Below are positions 1 to 9,260 of a DNA stretch of 64,000 bases, piece by piece. Positions within the stretch are counted from its first letter, which is position 1. Every line of letters begins with the position of its first letter. Origin of the DNA: Alphaproteobacteria bacterium (GTDB lineage: Bacteria > Pseudomonadota > Alphaproteobacteria > SP197); contig OZ220705.1 of NCBI GenBank assembly GCA_965116515.1, positions 3,888,331 to 3,952,330 on the forward strand. Direction: 5' to 3'. Both the position numbers and the translations under genes were made by a program. A model generated the notes under the pieces. That model searched no databases. It had not been told where the DNA came from and worked only from the letters and a program-made list of their open reading frames with translations.

Positions 1-444
1 TCCCCACTCGAAGGGAGCGAACCACTGCTGTCCCTCGTGCTGGGCGTCCTGGATGTTGTAGAGCGCCGGGACCACGTCCTTCCAGTTGGAAAGCAGCGAC
101 GTGTCGATGGGCTGGAGAATGCCCGCGTGCCGCCAGCGCGGCACATTGTTGCTGCAAGGATGCATGACATCCACCACGAACCCCGCCCTCACCTTGGTGA
201 AGGACTCCTCGGCGTCACCGAAGACCGGACAATCCGGCTCCACACCGTGTTTTTCGACATAGCTTGGCCAGATTTCCGGCACGTCATATCCGGACCACGT
301 GAAATAGATCGCCTGTTCCTCGGCCCGGGCCGCCGTCAACGGCATCACCGTCGACACCAGTCCGACCGCGGCCATCGCCTGGCTGAGCTCACGACGGCTC
401 AGTTCCCCGTTTTCAAGTCGCTTGATGGTATCCCTGATATCCAT
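1..444 (-). CDS. Periplasmic substrate-binding protein, PotD/PotF (polyamine) family, paralog A. Only the N-terminal ~148 codons are in the window; the gene continues past the window start.
   Basis: The reverse-strand translation reads MDIRDTIKRLENGELSRRELSQAMAAVGLVSTVMPLTAARAEEQAIYFTWSGYD... It is about 88% identical at protein level to the intact gene at 1674..2783. It has a Tat-like SRRELS signal. A GGAGGA RBS lies 8 nt before the ATG at 444, and the same arrangement occurs in paralog B. The ORF table misses it because it runs off the window edge. Confidence 0.7.
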   Translation of the reverse strand, partial: MDIRDTIKRLENGELSRRELSQAMAAVGLVSTVMPLTAARAEEQAIYFTWSGYDVPEIWPSYVEKHGVEPDCPVFGDAEESFTKVRAGFVVDVMHPCSNNVPRWRHAGILQPIDTSLLSNWKDVVPALYNIQDAQHEGQQWFAPFEWG

Positions 445-632
445 GGATGTGATCCTCCAGATTGTCACCAGCCCGGAGCCCGGTGGCCCTGGGTTTCATG
501 TTGTGTCCGCGTCACTCGGTTGCGGACCCGGTGAGCATCTTCCAATTTTTCTGACTGGTCAATCAAGTTTCAAGGTGACCCGGACAATGAAACCCATCGC
601 GACTGTTGGCATGAACAAGCGCAGAGACGGCC

Positions 633-850
633 ATGCGTTTCGCTGACGGTGTGCCCAGGACGGTTGATGTGATGGAAGAAGGTGTGTGGATCCCCCTCAA
701 GCGCGGTGTTCGCCTGGCGGCGCGCTACTGACTACCCGGGGATGCCGAACACAATCCGGTGCCCGCACTTCTCGAATGCCTCCCTATTGCGAGCGCGACA
801 CGGCGCGGCCGGGAGACGAGCCGAAACACGCGTGATTCGCCGGCCCGATG
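633..850 (+). pseudogene. Decayed 5' fragment of a CocE/NonD-family hydrolase gene. It is the duplicated copy of the start of the gene at 2983..5010.
   Basis: Nucleotide homology to 2972..3190. It encodes MRFADGVPRTVDVMEEGVWIPLKRGVRLAARY followed by an in-frame TGA (tac tga at 723..728) and a 1-nt deletion. After about 850 the homology ends and the TetR gene follows. Confidence 0.6.
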
Positions 851-898
851 GCCACCGGCTCGAACAGGATGTCGTGGCGTGAGTCCCGGGCCATCGCG

Positions 899-1585
899 TC
901 AGGCCGCACAGCCTTGCGCCACCGGCCGCGCGAAATGATGCGGAAAGACCGTGGCGAGATAGGCGAGGCAGTCCATTCTCGCGGTTTGCCGGCGGATATC
1001 GCGCGGATACATGAGAAGGTTGAGCCACAGGCCGTCGACCAGAGCCTCGAGGCTGCGGGCAATGCCTTCCGCGTCGGTGTTCTGGTATCCGCCGCTTGCC
1101 ACCAGTTCCCGGCACAGCCGGAAGATCTCGACGTATCTCTCGTCATCGAAGCGATGATGGATCTCGAGATAGGCGGGCCGGTACTTCGCCTGACCCCAGA
1201 AGGCGAACCACACCGCCAGTTTCTTTCTGGAGCAGATCCGGCGATCGAAGTCCGCTTCCAGGATGGCCTGCAGTTGTTTCGCCGGATCCGGACCCGCATT
1301 CAGCATGGCGTCACGCCACAGCGCATAGTGCTCCCGCGCCAGGTACCCCAGGGTCTCGACATAGAGGTCTTCCTTGGTGCGGAAGTGAAAGTTGACCACG
1401 CCATGCGAGAGCCTGGCGCCTCTCGTGACGGTTGCCAGGGTGGTGCCCGAAAAGCCCCGCCTGGCGATGGACTCGATGGTGGCGTCGATCAGCTGCTGGC
1501 GCCGTGCCTGGCGGGCGGCAAGGCGCCGGTCCGCCGTGCCGGTCGGTTGCGACCCGGTCGAAGCCGGGGATGCGACATCTGGCAT
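899..1585 (-). CDS. TetR/AcrR-family transcriptional regulator
   Basis: 228 aa. N-terminal HTH RQQLIDATIESIARRGFSGTTLATVTRGARLSHGVVNFHFRTKEDL. ATG start at 1585. Confidence 0.85.
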   Translation of the reverse strand: MPDVASPASTGSQPTGTADRRLAARQARRQQLIDATIESIARRGFSGTTLATVTRGARLSHGVVNFHFRTKEDLYVETLGYLAREHYALWRDAMLNAGPDPAKQLQAILEADFDRRICSRKKLAVWFAFWGQAKYRPAYLEIHHRFDDERYVEIFRLCRELVASGGYQNTDAEGIARSLEALVDGLWLNLLMYPRDIRRQTARMDCLAYLATVFPHHFARPVAQGCAA

Positions 1586-1673
1586 ATCGCTTCCACCACA
1601 TTGTGAAGGGAACGGGAACCGGGACCACGCGTGTCCCGGTTCCCTTCTGTCAGACGGAAGGTGCGGTGTCCGG

Positions 1674-2783
1674 TCAGAAACCGGCGATCATCTCACCCCA
1701 GTCACGGTTGATCATGGTCTCGATCTCTTCGACCTGCGCTCTCAGGAAGACACCCTTGTCCAGGATGTCGGCGGGGTTCCGGGAGAGTCCACGGGCCGTC
1801 AGATCGGCATCGCTGACGAGATCGAACGCCGCGGCGCTCGAGTGACCATAACCGTTTTCCACGATCGTGTGCACCCCGACCTCGGGAGCGAGCATCGCAT
1901 TGATGAGATCGTGGGCCTTGTCGTAGTGAGGCGCATTGCTGGTCAGCACCGTGCCACAGACCCAGGTGAGCGCGCCCTCCTTGACGTTGGCAAACTTCAC
2001 CGGAATGCCCTGCCTGGTGAGTTCCAGGGGCGAGCTGTTCCAGGTCATGGCCGCCACGAGTTCGCCGGAGGCGAGAGCCTGTTCCACCGTCGTCATGTCA
2101 CTCTGGCGGAACCGCAGCAGGTCACGCTGCTGCCTCAGGATATCGAGCACCTTCGCCAGGGCCTCATCGGTCAGGTTGTCGGTATCGACGCCGGCGTAGA
2201 TGGCGGCGCACCACCAGGCATCCTCGGCCGCATCGATGATCGAAAGCCTGCCGGCATAGCGCTCGTCCCACAGCAGCCCCCACGACTCCTCTTCGCCCTG
2301 CCAGTCGACGATGTCCGTGCGGTAGGTGATCGACGTCTGTCCCCACTCGACGGGAGCGAAATACTGCTCTCCCTCGTGCTGGGCATCCTGGATGTCGTAG
2401 AGCGCCGGAATCACGTCCTTCCAGTTGGAAAGCAGCGACGTGTCGATGGGCTGGAGAACGCCCGCGTGCCGCCAGCGGGGCACATTGTTGCTGCATGGAT
2501 GAATGACATCCACGACGAAGCCTGCTCTCACCTTGGTGAAGCCCTCCTCGGCGTCGCCATAGACCGGACAGTCCGGCTCCACGCCATGTTTCTCGACATA
2601 ACCTGGCCAGTAAATCGGATCGTCGTAACCGGCCCACGTGAAGTAGATCGCCTCTCCCTCGGCCCGGGCCGCCGTCAACGGCATCACCGTCGACACCAGT
2701 CCGACCGCGGCCATCGCCTGGCTGAGCTCACGACGGCTCAGCTCCCCGTTTTCAAGTCGCTTGATGGTATCCCTGATATCCAT
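1674..2783 (-). CDS. Periplasmic substrate-binding protein of an ABC transporter, PotD/PotF spermidine/putrescine-binding family (paralog B, intact). Tat-type signal.
   Basis: Listed ORF 1674..2807 is 377 aa. It has SRRELSQAMAAVGL twin-arginine-like n-region and the family-1 SBP fold. I prefer the ATG at 2783 as start because a GGAGGA RBS sits 8 nt upstream. The upstream GTG at 2807 is an alternative. Confidence 0.8.
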   Translation of the reverse strand: MDIRDTIKRLENGELSRRELSQAMAAVGLVSTVMPLTAARAEGEAIYFTWAGYDDPIYWPGYVEKHGVEPDCPVYGDAEEGFTKVRAGFVVDVIHPCSNNVPRWRHAGVLQPIDTSLLSNWKDVIPALYDIQDAQHEGEQYFAPVEWGQTSITYRTDIVDWQGEEESWGLLWDERYAGRLSIIDAAEDAWWCAAIYAGVDTDNLTDEALAKVLDILRQQRDLLRFRQSDMTTVEQALASGELVAAMTWNSSPLELTRQGIPVKFANVKEGALTWVCGTVLTSNAPHYDKAHDLINAMLAPEVGVHTIVENGYGHSSAAAFDLVSDADLTARGLSRNPADILDKGVFLRAQVEEIETMINRDWGEMIAGF

Positions 2784-2982
2784 GGATGTGATCCTCCAGT
2801 TTGTCACTCGCCCGGAGCCCGGTGGCCCCGGGTTTCATGTTGTGTCCGCGCCACCTGGTTGCGGACCTGGTGAGCATCACCCAGGTTTTCTGACTGGTCA
2901 ATCAAACTCGACACCGGCGCGACGACAAGGCGCTATGGCACGGATGCGTGTAGACTGTCATGGAGCAGCGGGAGTCACAGTC

Positions 2983-5010
2983 ATGCGCATCGTCGACGCT
3001 CTGCCCTCGAAGGTGGAGGTGAGGGAAGAGGGTGTGTGGATCCCTCTCAATCGCGGCGTTCGCCTGGCGGCGCGCATCTGGCTTCCCGACGATGCGGAAC
3101 ACAATCCGGTGCCGGCACTTCTCGAGTATCTCCCCTATCGCAAGCGCGACATGACGCGGCCAGGAGACGAGCCGAAACACGCTTGGTTCGCCGGCCACGG
3201 CTATGCCAGCCTGCGCGTCGACCTAGCCGGCGCCGGTGACAGTTTCGGCGTCATGCGCGACGAGTACACCAGGCAGGAACTCGAGGACGGCCGCGAGGTG
3301 ATCGCCTGGATCGCCAGGCAGTCCTGGTGCACCGGCAATGTGGGCATGTTCGGCATCTCCTGGGGTGGTTTCAACTCGCTTCAGGTGGCTGCCCTGCAGC
3401 CCCCGGAACTCAAGGCCGTGGTCACGTCGTGCTCCACCGACGACCGCTACAGCGACGACATGCACTACATGGGTGGCTGCCTGCTCAACGACAACCTCGA
3501 CTGGGGAACCACCTTCTTCGGCATCCTGCCCCTCCCCGGAGACCCGCTGGTCATGGGAGAGGACTGGCGAGCGAACTGGCAAGCGCGGCTGGAGGACGTC
3601 CCCTGCCCCGTCGAAACGTGGATGCGCCACCAGACGCGCGATTCCTACTGGCGTCACGGATCGGTGTGCGAGGACTATGACGCCATCCGCTGCCCGGTCT
3701 TCGCCGTCGGTGGCTGGCTCGACGGCTACTCCAATGCCGTCTTCCGCCTGCTCGCCGGACTCGAGGTACCGCGTCTCGGACTCATTGGCCCCCATGCCCA
3801 CCAGTGGGGCCATATGGAGACCGCGCCCGGCCCCCACTTCGGCTTTCTCCAGGAAATGCTGCGCTGGTGGGATCACTGGCTCAAGCACAAGGAGACGGGA
3901 ATCATGGAAGAGCCCATGCTGCGGGTCTTCCTGCAGGACGGGGTGCCGCCCCGTTCCTGGTATCGTGACTGTCCAGGTCACTGGATCGGCGAGGTCACGT
4001 GGCCCTCGCAGCGAATCCGCAACCGCCGCTACCACCTGAACCCGGACGGTCTCGGCAGGGAACCTGGCCGTCACGAACCGCGATCCGCCGTCACGCCCCA
4101 GACGCTGGGTCTTGCCGGCGGCGAATGGTGCCCTTACGGCACCGGCGGTGACGGGCCCGAGTTCCCTGGCGATCAGCGCCAGGACGACGGCGCTTCGATC
4201 ACCTTCGAGACGCCACCGCTTGACGCGGATATCGACATCCTCGGCCCGCCGGTGGCGGAACTTGAACTCGAGGTCGACAGGCCTGTCGCCTATCTCATCG
4301 CCCGCCTCAACGACGTCCGTCCCGATGGCGCGGTGTCACGGGCGTCCTTCGGTGTCCTCAACCTGACCCATCGCCACGGACACGATGAGCCCGAGGCCAT
4401 GCCCACGGGTAGCCCAACGACGGTGCAGTTGACGCTCAACGACTGCGCCTACCGCTTTCGCAAGGGGCACCGGATCCGCATGTCGCTCTCCACAACCTAC
4501 TGGCCGATGCTGTTTCCGGCTCCCGAATCGGTACTGCTGACGGTCCATACCGGGACCAGTGTGCTCGACCTTCCGGTGAGACCTGCCACGGGCGGGCCCC
4601 GGATCGGTGAATTCGAGGAACCAGAACAGGCACCGGCGATGGCAATGACGCAGATCGCCGCTCCGCAATCGCGCAACGTAACCACGATTGATCAGCAATC
4701 AGGGCGTCTCGAAGTGACGTCCGAGCGGGGCAGCGGCACCTACCGCATCGAAGACCATGGTCTCGAGTTCGCGAGGGACACCTTCGAACGCATGAGCATC
4801 ACTCCGGACGACCCGCTCTCCGCCGAGAGCGAGGTCGTCGTCACCACCCACATGAAACGCGGCGATTTCGAGGTGGACGTGCGTGCCCGCACCCATCTCA
4901 GGGCATCACGCGAACAGTTCCATCTCGCCGCCGATCTCGACGTCCGGGAGGGCCGTGACCGGATCCTGACGCGCCGCTGGTCCGTGCCCATCGACCGTCA
5001 TCTTGTGTGA
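2983..5010 (+). CDS. CocE/NonD-family hydrolase (X-Pro dipeptidyl-peptidase S15-like alpha/beta hydrolase)
   Basis: Motifs LEYLPYRKRD, GYASLRVDLAGAGDS and GMFGISWGGF (nucleophile elbow) are typical of CocE/NonD. The listed ORF starts at 2761. That N-terminal extension mirrors the promoter and 5' region of the divergent SBP gene, so I prefer the ATG at 2983 with a GGGAG RBS. Confidence 0.8.
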   Translation: MRIVDALPSKVEVREEGVWIPLNRGVRLAARIWLPDDAEHNPVPALLEYLPYRKRDMTRPGDEPKHAWFAGHGYASLRVDLAGAGDSFGVMRDEYTRQELEDGREVIAWIARQSWCTGNVGMFGISWGGFNSLQVAALQPPELKAVVTSCSTDDRYSDDMHYMGGCLLNDNLDWGTTFFGILPLPGDPLVMGEDWRANWQARLEDVPCPVETWMRHQTRDSYWRHGSVCEDYDAIRCPVFAVGGWLDGYSNAVFRLLAGLEVPRLGLIGPHAHQWGHMETAPGPHFGFLQEMLRWWDHWLKHKETGIMEEPMLRVFLQDGVPPRSWYRDCPGHWIGEVTWPSQRIRNRRYHLNPDGLGREPGRHEPRSAVTPQTLGLAGGEWCPYGTGGDGPEFPGDQRQDDGASITFETPPLDADIDILGPPVAELELEVDRPVAYLIARLNDVRPDGAVSRASFGVLNLTHRHGHDEPEAMPTGSPTTVQLTLNDCAYRFRKGHRIRMSLSTTYWPMLFPAPESVLLTVHTGTSVLDLPVRPATGGPRIGEFEEPEQAPAMAMTQIAAPQSRNVTTIDQQSGRLEVTSERGSGTYRIEDHGLEFARDTFERMSITPDDPLSAESEVVVTTHMKRGDFEVDVRARTHLRASREQFHLAADLDVREGRDRILTRRWSVPIDRHLV

Positions 5011-5034
5011 CGCGCCTGCCGTGCCGGGCGGAAC

Positions 5035-6000
5035 CTACCTTCTGGCGGCCTTCGCCTCGGCGATGGCGCCGAGGAACTCCAGCATGGTGTGAGCCCCTAG
5101 GTAGGACGTCACGCCGGTGCCGACGTCGAGCTGGGGGTTGACCTCGACGAAGTCGAAGCCGATGACGTCCATGTGTCGTGCCGTGGCGCGCAGGATGTCG
5201 CGCAGTTCGGCGTAGAGCATGCCGTTGGGTTCGGCAGAGACGCAGCCCGGCACGAGCGACATGTCGAGAACATCGACATCAATCGACACATACATCTTTT
5301 CGCCCCGCGGGAAGGTCTCGTGCACGAAGCCCTCGGGGCCAAGCCGGCGGATGTCATCCATGGTGACGATGCGGCTGCCTTCGGCGCGGGCGTCAATGAA
5401 CTCCTGGAGGGCGCTTCTGAGGCTGCGGATGCCGATCTGTGTCAGCGACAGCACATGGGACATGGGCTTGATGTGACGGAAGGCATGGCCGTTCGTGAAC
5501 CGCAGATCGTGAACGAAGGGCTGATAATCCAGGTGGGCGTCAAAGTGCATGACGTGCATGGGCTCACCGAACGCCCGCACCACCGGATAGGTAACCGAGT
5601 GATCGCCACCGATGATGACCGGCATGGCGCCGCGCTCGAGGATCCCCGCAACATCAGCGGTGATGTTGTCGAATGTCCTTTCGACATTGGTGGTCAGGAT
5701 GTCACTGTCCCCGACATCGACGATGCGCCGGTTTGCCGTTTCCTCGACCAGGTAGGACTTGCCGGTGAGGCTGTCGTAGTACCCCGCCGATCCGAACCTC
5801 AGGGAATGTTCCCGGATGGAACGGGGAGCAAAGCGCGACCCGCCCATGAAGGGAGATCCCTCGTCGATCGGCGTGCCGAGGATGGCGTAATCGGCATCGA
5901 GAGTGGCGATGTCGTCGCAGTAGTCCTGGCGAAGGAATGTCGCGATTCCGCCGTAGGGCGGATTGTAGCGGCCTGCCGGCCCCTGCATGTTGATCTGCAT
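5035..6000 (-). CDS. Ureohydrolase of the arginase/agmatinase family (agmatinase or guanidino-acid hydrolase)
   Basis: 321 aa. Mn-binding motifs GGDHSVTYP, DAHLD and SIDVDVLD. Confidence 0.85.
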   Translation of the reverse strand: MQINMQGPAGRYNPPYGGIATFLRQDYCDDIATLDADYAILGTPIDEGSPFMGGSRFAPRSIREHSLRFGSAGYYDSLTGKSYLVEETANRRIVDVGDSDILTTNVERTFDNITADVAGILERGAMPVIIGGDHSVTYPVVRAFGEPMHVMHFDAHLDYQPFVHDLRFTNGHAFRHIKPMSHVLSLTQIGIRSLRSALQEFIDARAEGSRIVTMDDIRRLGPEGFVHETFPRGEKMYVSIDVDVLDMSLVPGCVSAEPNGMLYAELRDILRATARHMDVIGFDFVEVNPQLDVGTGVTSYLGAHTMLEFLGAIAEAKAARR

Positions 6001-6015
6001 GATGCGTGACCCCAG

Positions 6016-6504
6016 CTAGAATCGTCCAAGAACCAGAAATCGCACGGCCGGTTCTCCCGTTGGCGGAAGCCTGTCCCAGGTAGCCTTCATCTTCAACAGC
6101 GCGCCTGCCGCGCACATCCGCTCGCAAGCGTCCGCCAGCCCGCCTCCAGGCGCCACGGCAAGGGACAATACTCCTCCCGCCCTCAGCAGTCTGACGAGAT
6201 CGTCAAGCACGTCAGGAGAAACATCGCCGCCCCTGAAAGCCCCTGCTGCGACGACAGCGTCGTAGGTGCGATCCGGCAGATCAGCGGGTGACCTGGCGCT
6301 GAAGAGCCGGCGGTAGGCACCTCTCGCGCGTGCTTGCGCGAGCAAGTTGGCGCAAGCATCCATGCCGTCGATGATCCGGTATCCAAGATCTGCGAGAACC
6401 GCGCCGGCCGCACCGTCGCCACAACCCCAATCGAGAATCTCCGCCTGCCGGTTGTCCATGTGGCCAGCAAGGTTGTGACAGCATCCGGCGACGCCATCAC
6501 GCAT
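6016..6504 (-). CDS. Small class I SAM-dependent methyltransferase
   Basis: 162 aa. Motif I ILDWGCGDGAAG. Start uncertain. Confidence 0.5.
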   Translation of the reverse strand: MRDGVAGCCHNLAGHMDNRQAEILDWGCGDGAAGAVLADLGYRIIDGMDACANLLAQARARGAYRRLFSARSPADLPDRTYDAVVAAGAFRGGDVSPDVLDDLVRLLRAGGVLSLAVAPGGGLADACERMCAAGALLKMKATWDRLPPTGEPAVRFLVLGRF

Positions 6505-6618
6505 CGGATCCCTCCATCAGTCGGGGTAACGGCAGTTGGTTCGGTGGGTTCCTGTTGTGCGACCCTCCATGCACCGGACACTCCATCGACCTTGCTCCCG
6601 CTGGTCCGAAGGACAGGG

Positions 6619-7206
6619 TCATGGTCTCGCCCGCGTTGTCAGCGAGGCGATCAGCCTTTGAGCCGCCGCAAGCGCCATGGCGCGGTAGCGAGGCGGTCCT
6701 CTTAGGGTCACCATCGACTGGTGATCGTTGTAGATGGCGGCAAGGCCGTGGGCAACGGTCGTGACGTCGTCTGAATCGGCATCGGGAAACGAGATACGCA
6801 GCACGTCCCCCAGGGCATCGACGAAGCCCTGGAGCCAGCTCTCGAGGCGGGCGGCAATCGCCGGATTGCGGCGGGCGGCAGAATAAACCGATTCGAGGAC
6901 CGGCAACTCGTCGTCCGGAACCTCCGGAAACAGGTAGTCCGGCAGGCTCCCGACGCCCGCCTTGGCGATGAACCAGGCGCGCATCTCGTCGTTTTGCAGC
7001 TGGAGGCGGGCTTCCAGACGATCGAGGAATGCCGCGACCAGATCGTCGCGGTTGCCGATGTAGTGACGGATGATCGAGCGCCTGACACCCGCTTCACCGG
7101 CCACCTCCTCCAGGGAGGCGGCGTCCAGCCCCGAACGTGCCACGCACCGCGAGAACGCATCAAGAATCTGTTCCGATCGCTCGGCACTGAGATCAGGACG
7201 CGCCAT
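6619..7206 (-). CDS. TetR-family transcriptional regulator
   Basis: HTH SEQILDAFSRCVARSGLDAASLEEVAGEAGVRRSIIRHYIGNRDDL. I chose the ATG at 7206. The listed ORF starts at a GTG at 7215. Confidence 0.8.
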   Translation of the reverse strand: MARPDLSAERSEQILDAFSRCVARSGLDAASLEEVAGEAGVRRSIIRHYIGNRDDLVAAFLDRLEARLQLQNDEMRAWFIAKAGVGSLPDYLFPEVPDDELPVLESVYSAARRNPAIAARLESWLQGFVDALGDVLRISFPDADSDDVTTVAHGLAAIYNDHQSMVTLRGPPRYRAMALAAAQRLIASLTTRARP

Positions 7207-7244
7207 GAATGTCACCCCGAATTGCGAGTGTCTTGTCCGAAAAA

Positions 7245-7292
7245 TAGATTGTCATTATTGACAATTTATATTGATCCATCAGAATTGTCATC
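7245..7292. promoter_or_regulatory. Candidate TetR operator and divergent promoter. Palindrome ATTGTCA-TTAT-TGACAAT (7248..7265) plus a third ATTGTCA half-site at 7284..7290. A TTGACA -35-like hexamer (7258..7263) is embedded in the palindrome.
   Basis: Read directly in the intergenic region between the TetR gene (start 7206, minus strand) and the plus-strand gene starting at 7320. Confidence 0.5.
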
Positions 7293-7319
7293 CACGAACA
7301 CCTGGAGAGGGCTGGATTC

Positions 7320-9260
7320 ATGCACTGCCGCCTTACCGCCATAATGGCTCACTTCCTCGCCCTTGCCATCCTGGTCTGCCCCTTCGACGTGGCAACGGGT
7401 GATACCGCCTACGGCAGCCACGACGCATGGAGCGGCCAGGTGGCCCAAGTCTACGGCACCCGCGTGGTTGATCTCGACGGCGCCGTTCATCGAATCGGGA
7501 CCGACGCCGGCGTCCGGCCGGTGGTCCTTCTGTTCATGAACGCCTTCTGTCCGGTATCCAACCGCTACGCTCCCGAACTCAATGATCTTGCCACATTGGC
7601 CGATGCGCTTGGCGCCTCCTTCTACGGTGTCATGTCGGGGCCTTATCTGACGGTGGGTGAAGCCAGGAACTTCGTGGATGACCACGGTTTCGACTTTCCC
7701 GTCATCTTCGATCCCTCCGGTGATCTCGCCCTGCGCCTCAACCCCGTCGTCACCCCGGAGGCCTTTGTCATCGATACCGGTGACGATGTCATCTACCGCG
7801 GCCGCATCGACGACCGTTTCGAAGCGATCGGCGTGCTGCGCAACCAGATCACCAGCCACGACCTCAAGGATGCCATCGCAATGGTGGGGGCGGATGACGA
7901 TCCGCTGCCCGTCTCCACGACGCCCGTCGGCTGCGTGTTCGAGGGCTGGGATGCGGACCGACTGCCGGAATCCGTGACCTACAACCGGGATATCGCTCCC
8001 CTGCTCACGGCCAACTGCACGGAGTGCCACAGGGACGGCAGTGTTGCCCCCTTCCCGCTCGATACCTTTGTCGATGCCAGACGCCGGGCCCGCATGCTGG
8101 CCTTCGTGACCCGCGAGCAGATCATGCCGCCCTGGCGTGCCGTCGAGGGATTCGGTGCCTTCCGCGACGAGCGACATCTTTCCGACCGCCAGATCGCTCT
8201 CCTCGCAGCATGGGCCGAAGCCGGTGCACCGCTGGGGGACGCAGCGGATGCGCTTCCGGAAACGGCGTGGCCGGACCCCGAGTGGCGCATCGGCGAACCG
8301 GATCTCATTCTCGAGATGGAGGAGCCCTTCGCCATCCCCGCGACTGGTCCCGATATCTATCGGTACTTCGTCATCCCGTTCGAGCTGTTTGAGGAGCATG
8401 GAATCAGGGCCATCGAATTCCAGCCCGGCGACGAGAGCGTCGTTCATCACGCCAACCTTTTCGTCGACTACTCAGGTGCTGCGCGCCGCGAGGACGCCAA
8501 GGACGACATACCGGGCTTTTCCGTCTTCGGGACGGGGAACTTCTTCGACTACAGCGGCGAGCAGGAAACCTGGGGCATCGGAGGCTGGACACCCGGCGTC
8601 GATCCCTATGTCCTGCCCGACAAGCATGCCATGTGGCTTCCGGCCGGCGCCGGCGACGTCGTGTTCGAGATCCACTACCACCTCAGTGGCAAGGCCACGG
8701 AGGACCGGAGCCGGATCGGCCTGAGATTCGCCGACGAGCCCGTTGCCCACTGGGTTGACGGGCTCGTGATCGGCACGCAACAGCTCGCGATCCCTCCGGA
8801 ATCGGACACCTACTGGCGCCATGTCCGGATGGAGGTTCCGGCGTCGATCAGGCTGATCGACATCTTGCCGCACATGCACTACCTGGGAGCCGAGGCCAGG
8901 GCGATCGCGACCCTCCCGGACGGTACGCAGATACCGCTGGTCCATGTCGAGGAATGGGATCTGCGGTGGCAGAACATCTACACCTTCCGCGAACCGATCC
9001 ACCTGCCCGCCGGCAGCACGATCGACGGCTGGATAAGATTCAACAACACCTCCCACAACCCCTACAACCCGACGCTGCCGCCCAAGACCGTGACGTGGGG
9101 CTGGGGTTCGGACGAGGAGATGATGGAGTTCTGGATCAGCTTCGTGCTCGACGACTGGCGTCAGCGTGACCGGGTGATCAATGCATCGTGGAATACCTGG
9201 TCCGAGGATCCCCGGTGGGACGGCCCGGTGCCGGATCTGGCCGACCTCAACCTGCCCTGA
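7320..9260 (+). CDS. Secreted tri-domain redox protein: thioredoxin-like (AhpC/TSA/TlpA-like) domain with CxxS motif, c-type haem-binding site, and a C-terminal copper type II ascorbate-dependent monooxygenase (PHM/DBH)-like domain.
   Basis: 646 aa. Signal peptide MAHFLALAILVCPFDVATG. Redoxin-like region FMNAFCPVSNRYAPEL (monothiol C-P-V-S). Haem motif NCTECHRDGSVAPFPLD (CxxCH). His-rich C-terminal blocks HHANLFVDY, HYHLSGK and HMHYLGAE, as in Cu-monooxygenase folds. GGAGAGG RBS before the ATG at 7320. Confidence 0.6.
   Translation: MHCRLTAIMAHFLALAILVCPFDVATGDTAYGSHDAWSGQVAQVYGTRVVDLDGAVHRIGTDAGVRPVVLLFMNAFCPVSNRYAPELNDLATLADALGASFYGVMSGPYLTVGEARNFVDDHGFDFPVIFDPSGDLALRLNPVVTPEAFVIDTGDDVIYRGRIDDRFEAIGVLRNQITSHDLKDAIAMVGADDDPLPVSTTPVGCVFEGWDADRLPESVTYNRDIAPLLTANCTECHRDGSVAPFPLDTFVDARRRARMLAFVTREQIMPPWRAVEGFGAFRDERHLSDRQIALLAAWAEAGAPLGDAADALPETAWPDPEWRIGEPDLILEMEEPFAIPATGPDIYRYFVIPFELFEEHGIRAIEFQPGDESVVHHANLFVDYSGAARREDAKDDIPGFSVFGTGNFFDYSGEQETWGIGGWTPGVDPYVLPDKHAMWLPAGAGDVVFEIHYHLSGKATEDRSRIGLRFADEPVAHWVDGLVIGTQQLAIPPESDTYWRHVRMEVPASIRLIDILPHMHYLGAEARAIATLPDGTQIPLVHVEEWDLRWQNIYTFREPIHLPAGSTIDGWIRFNNTSHNPYNPTLPPKTVTWGWGSDEEMMEFWISFVLDDWRQRDRVINASWNTWSEDPRWDGPVPDLADLNLP

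Noticed and set aside
37-534. 165-aa plus-strand ORF at the window start
   Set aside because: It is antisense to the well-supported minus-strand binding-protein paralog A. GC-rich genomes produce long spurious antisense ORFs, and it has no recognisable motifs.
1392-2873. 493-aa plus-strand ORF
   Set aside because: It lies entirely antisense to the TetR 5' region and binding-protein paralog B, which have clear family signatures. It mirrors the artefact seen at 37..534.
2761-2982. N-terminal 74-codon extension of the hydrolase ORF
   Set aside because: The extension overlaps the start and RBS of the divergent binding-protein gene. The same extension occurs in the duplicated copy (422..646) and is simply the reverse reading of conserved promoter DNA. 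A good RBS precedes the ATG at 2983.
7266-8450. 394-aa minus-strand ORF, and the 8472..9308 minus-strand ORF
   Set aside because: They are antisense to the 646-aa secreted redox protein, which has signal peptide, CxxCH and His-rich motifs. They have no motifs of their own.
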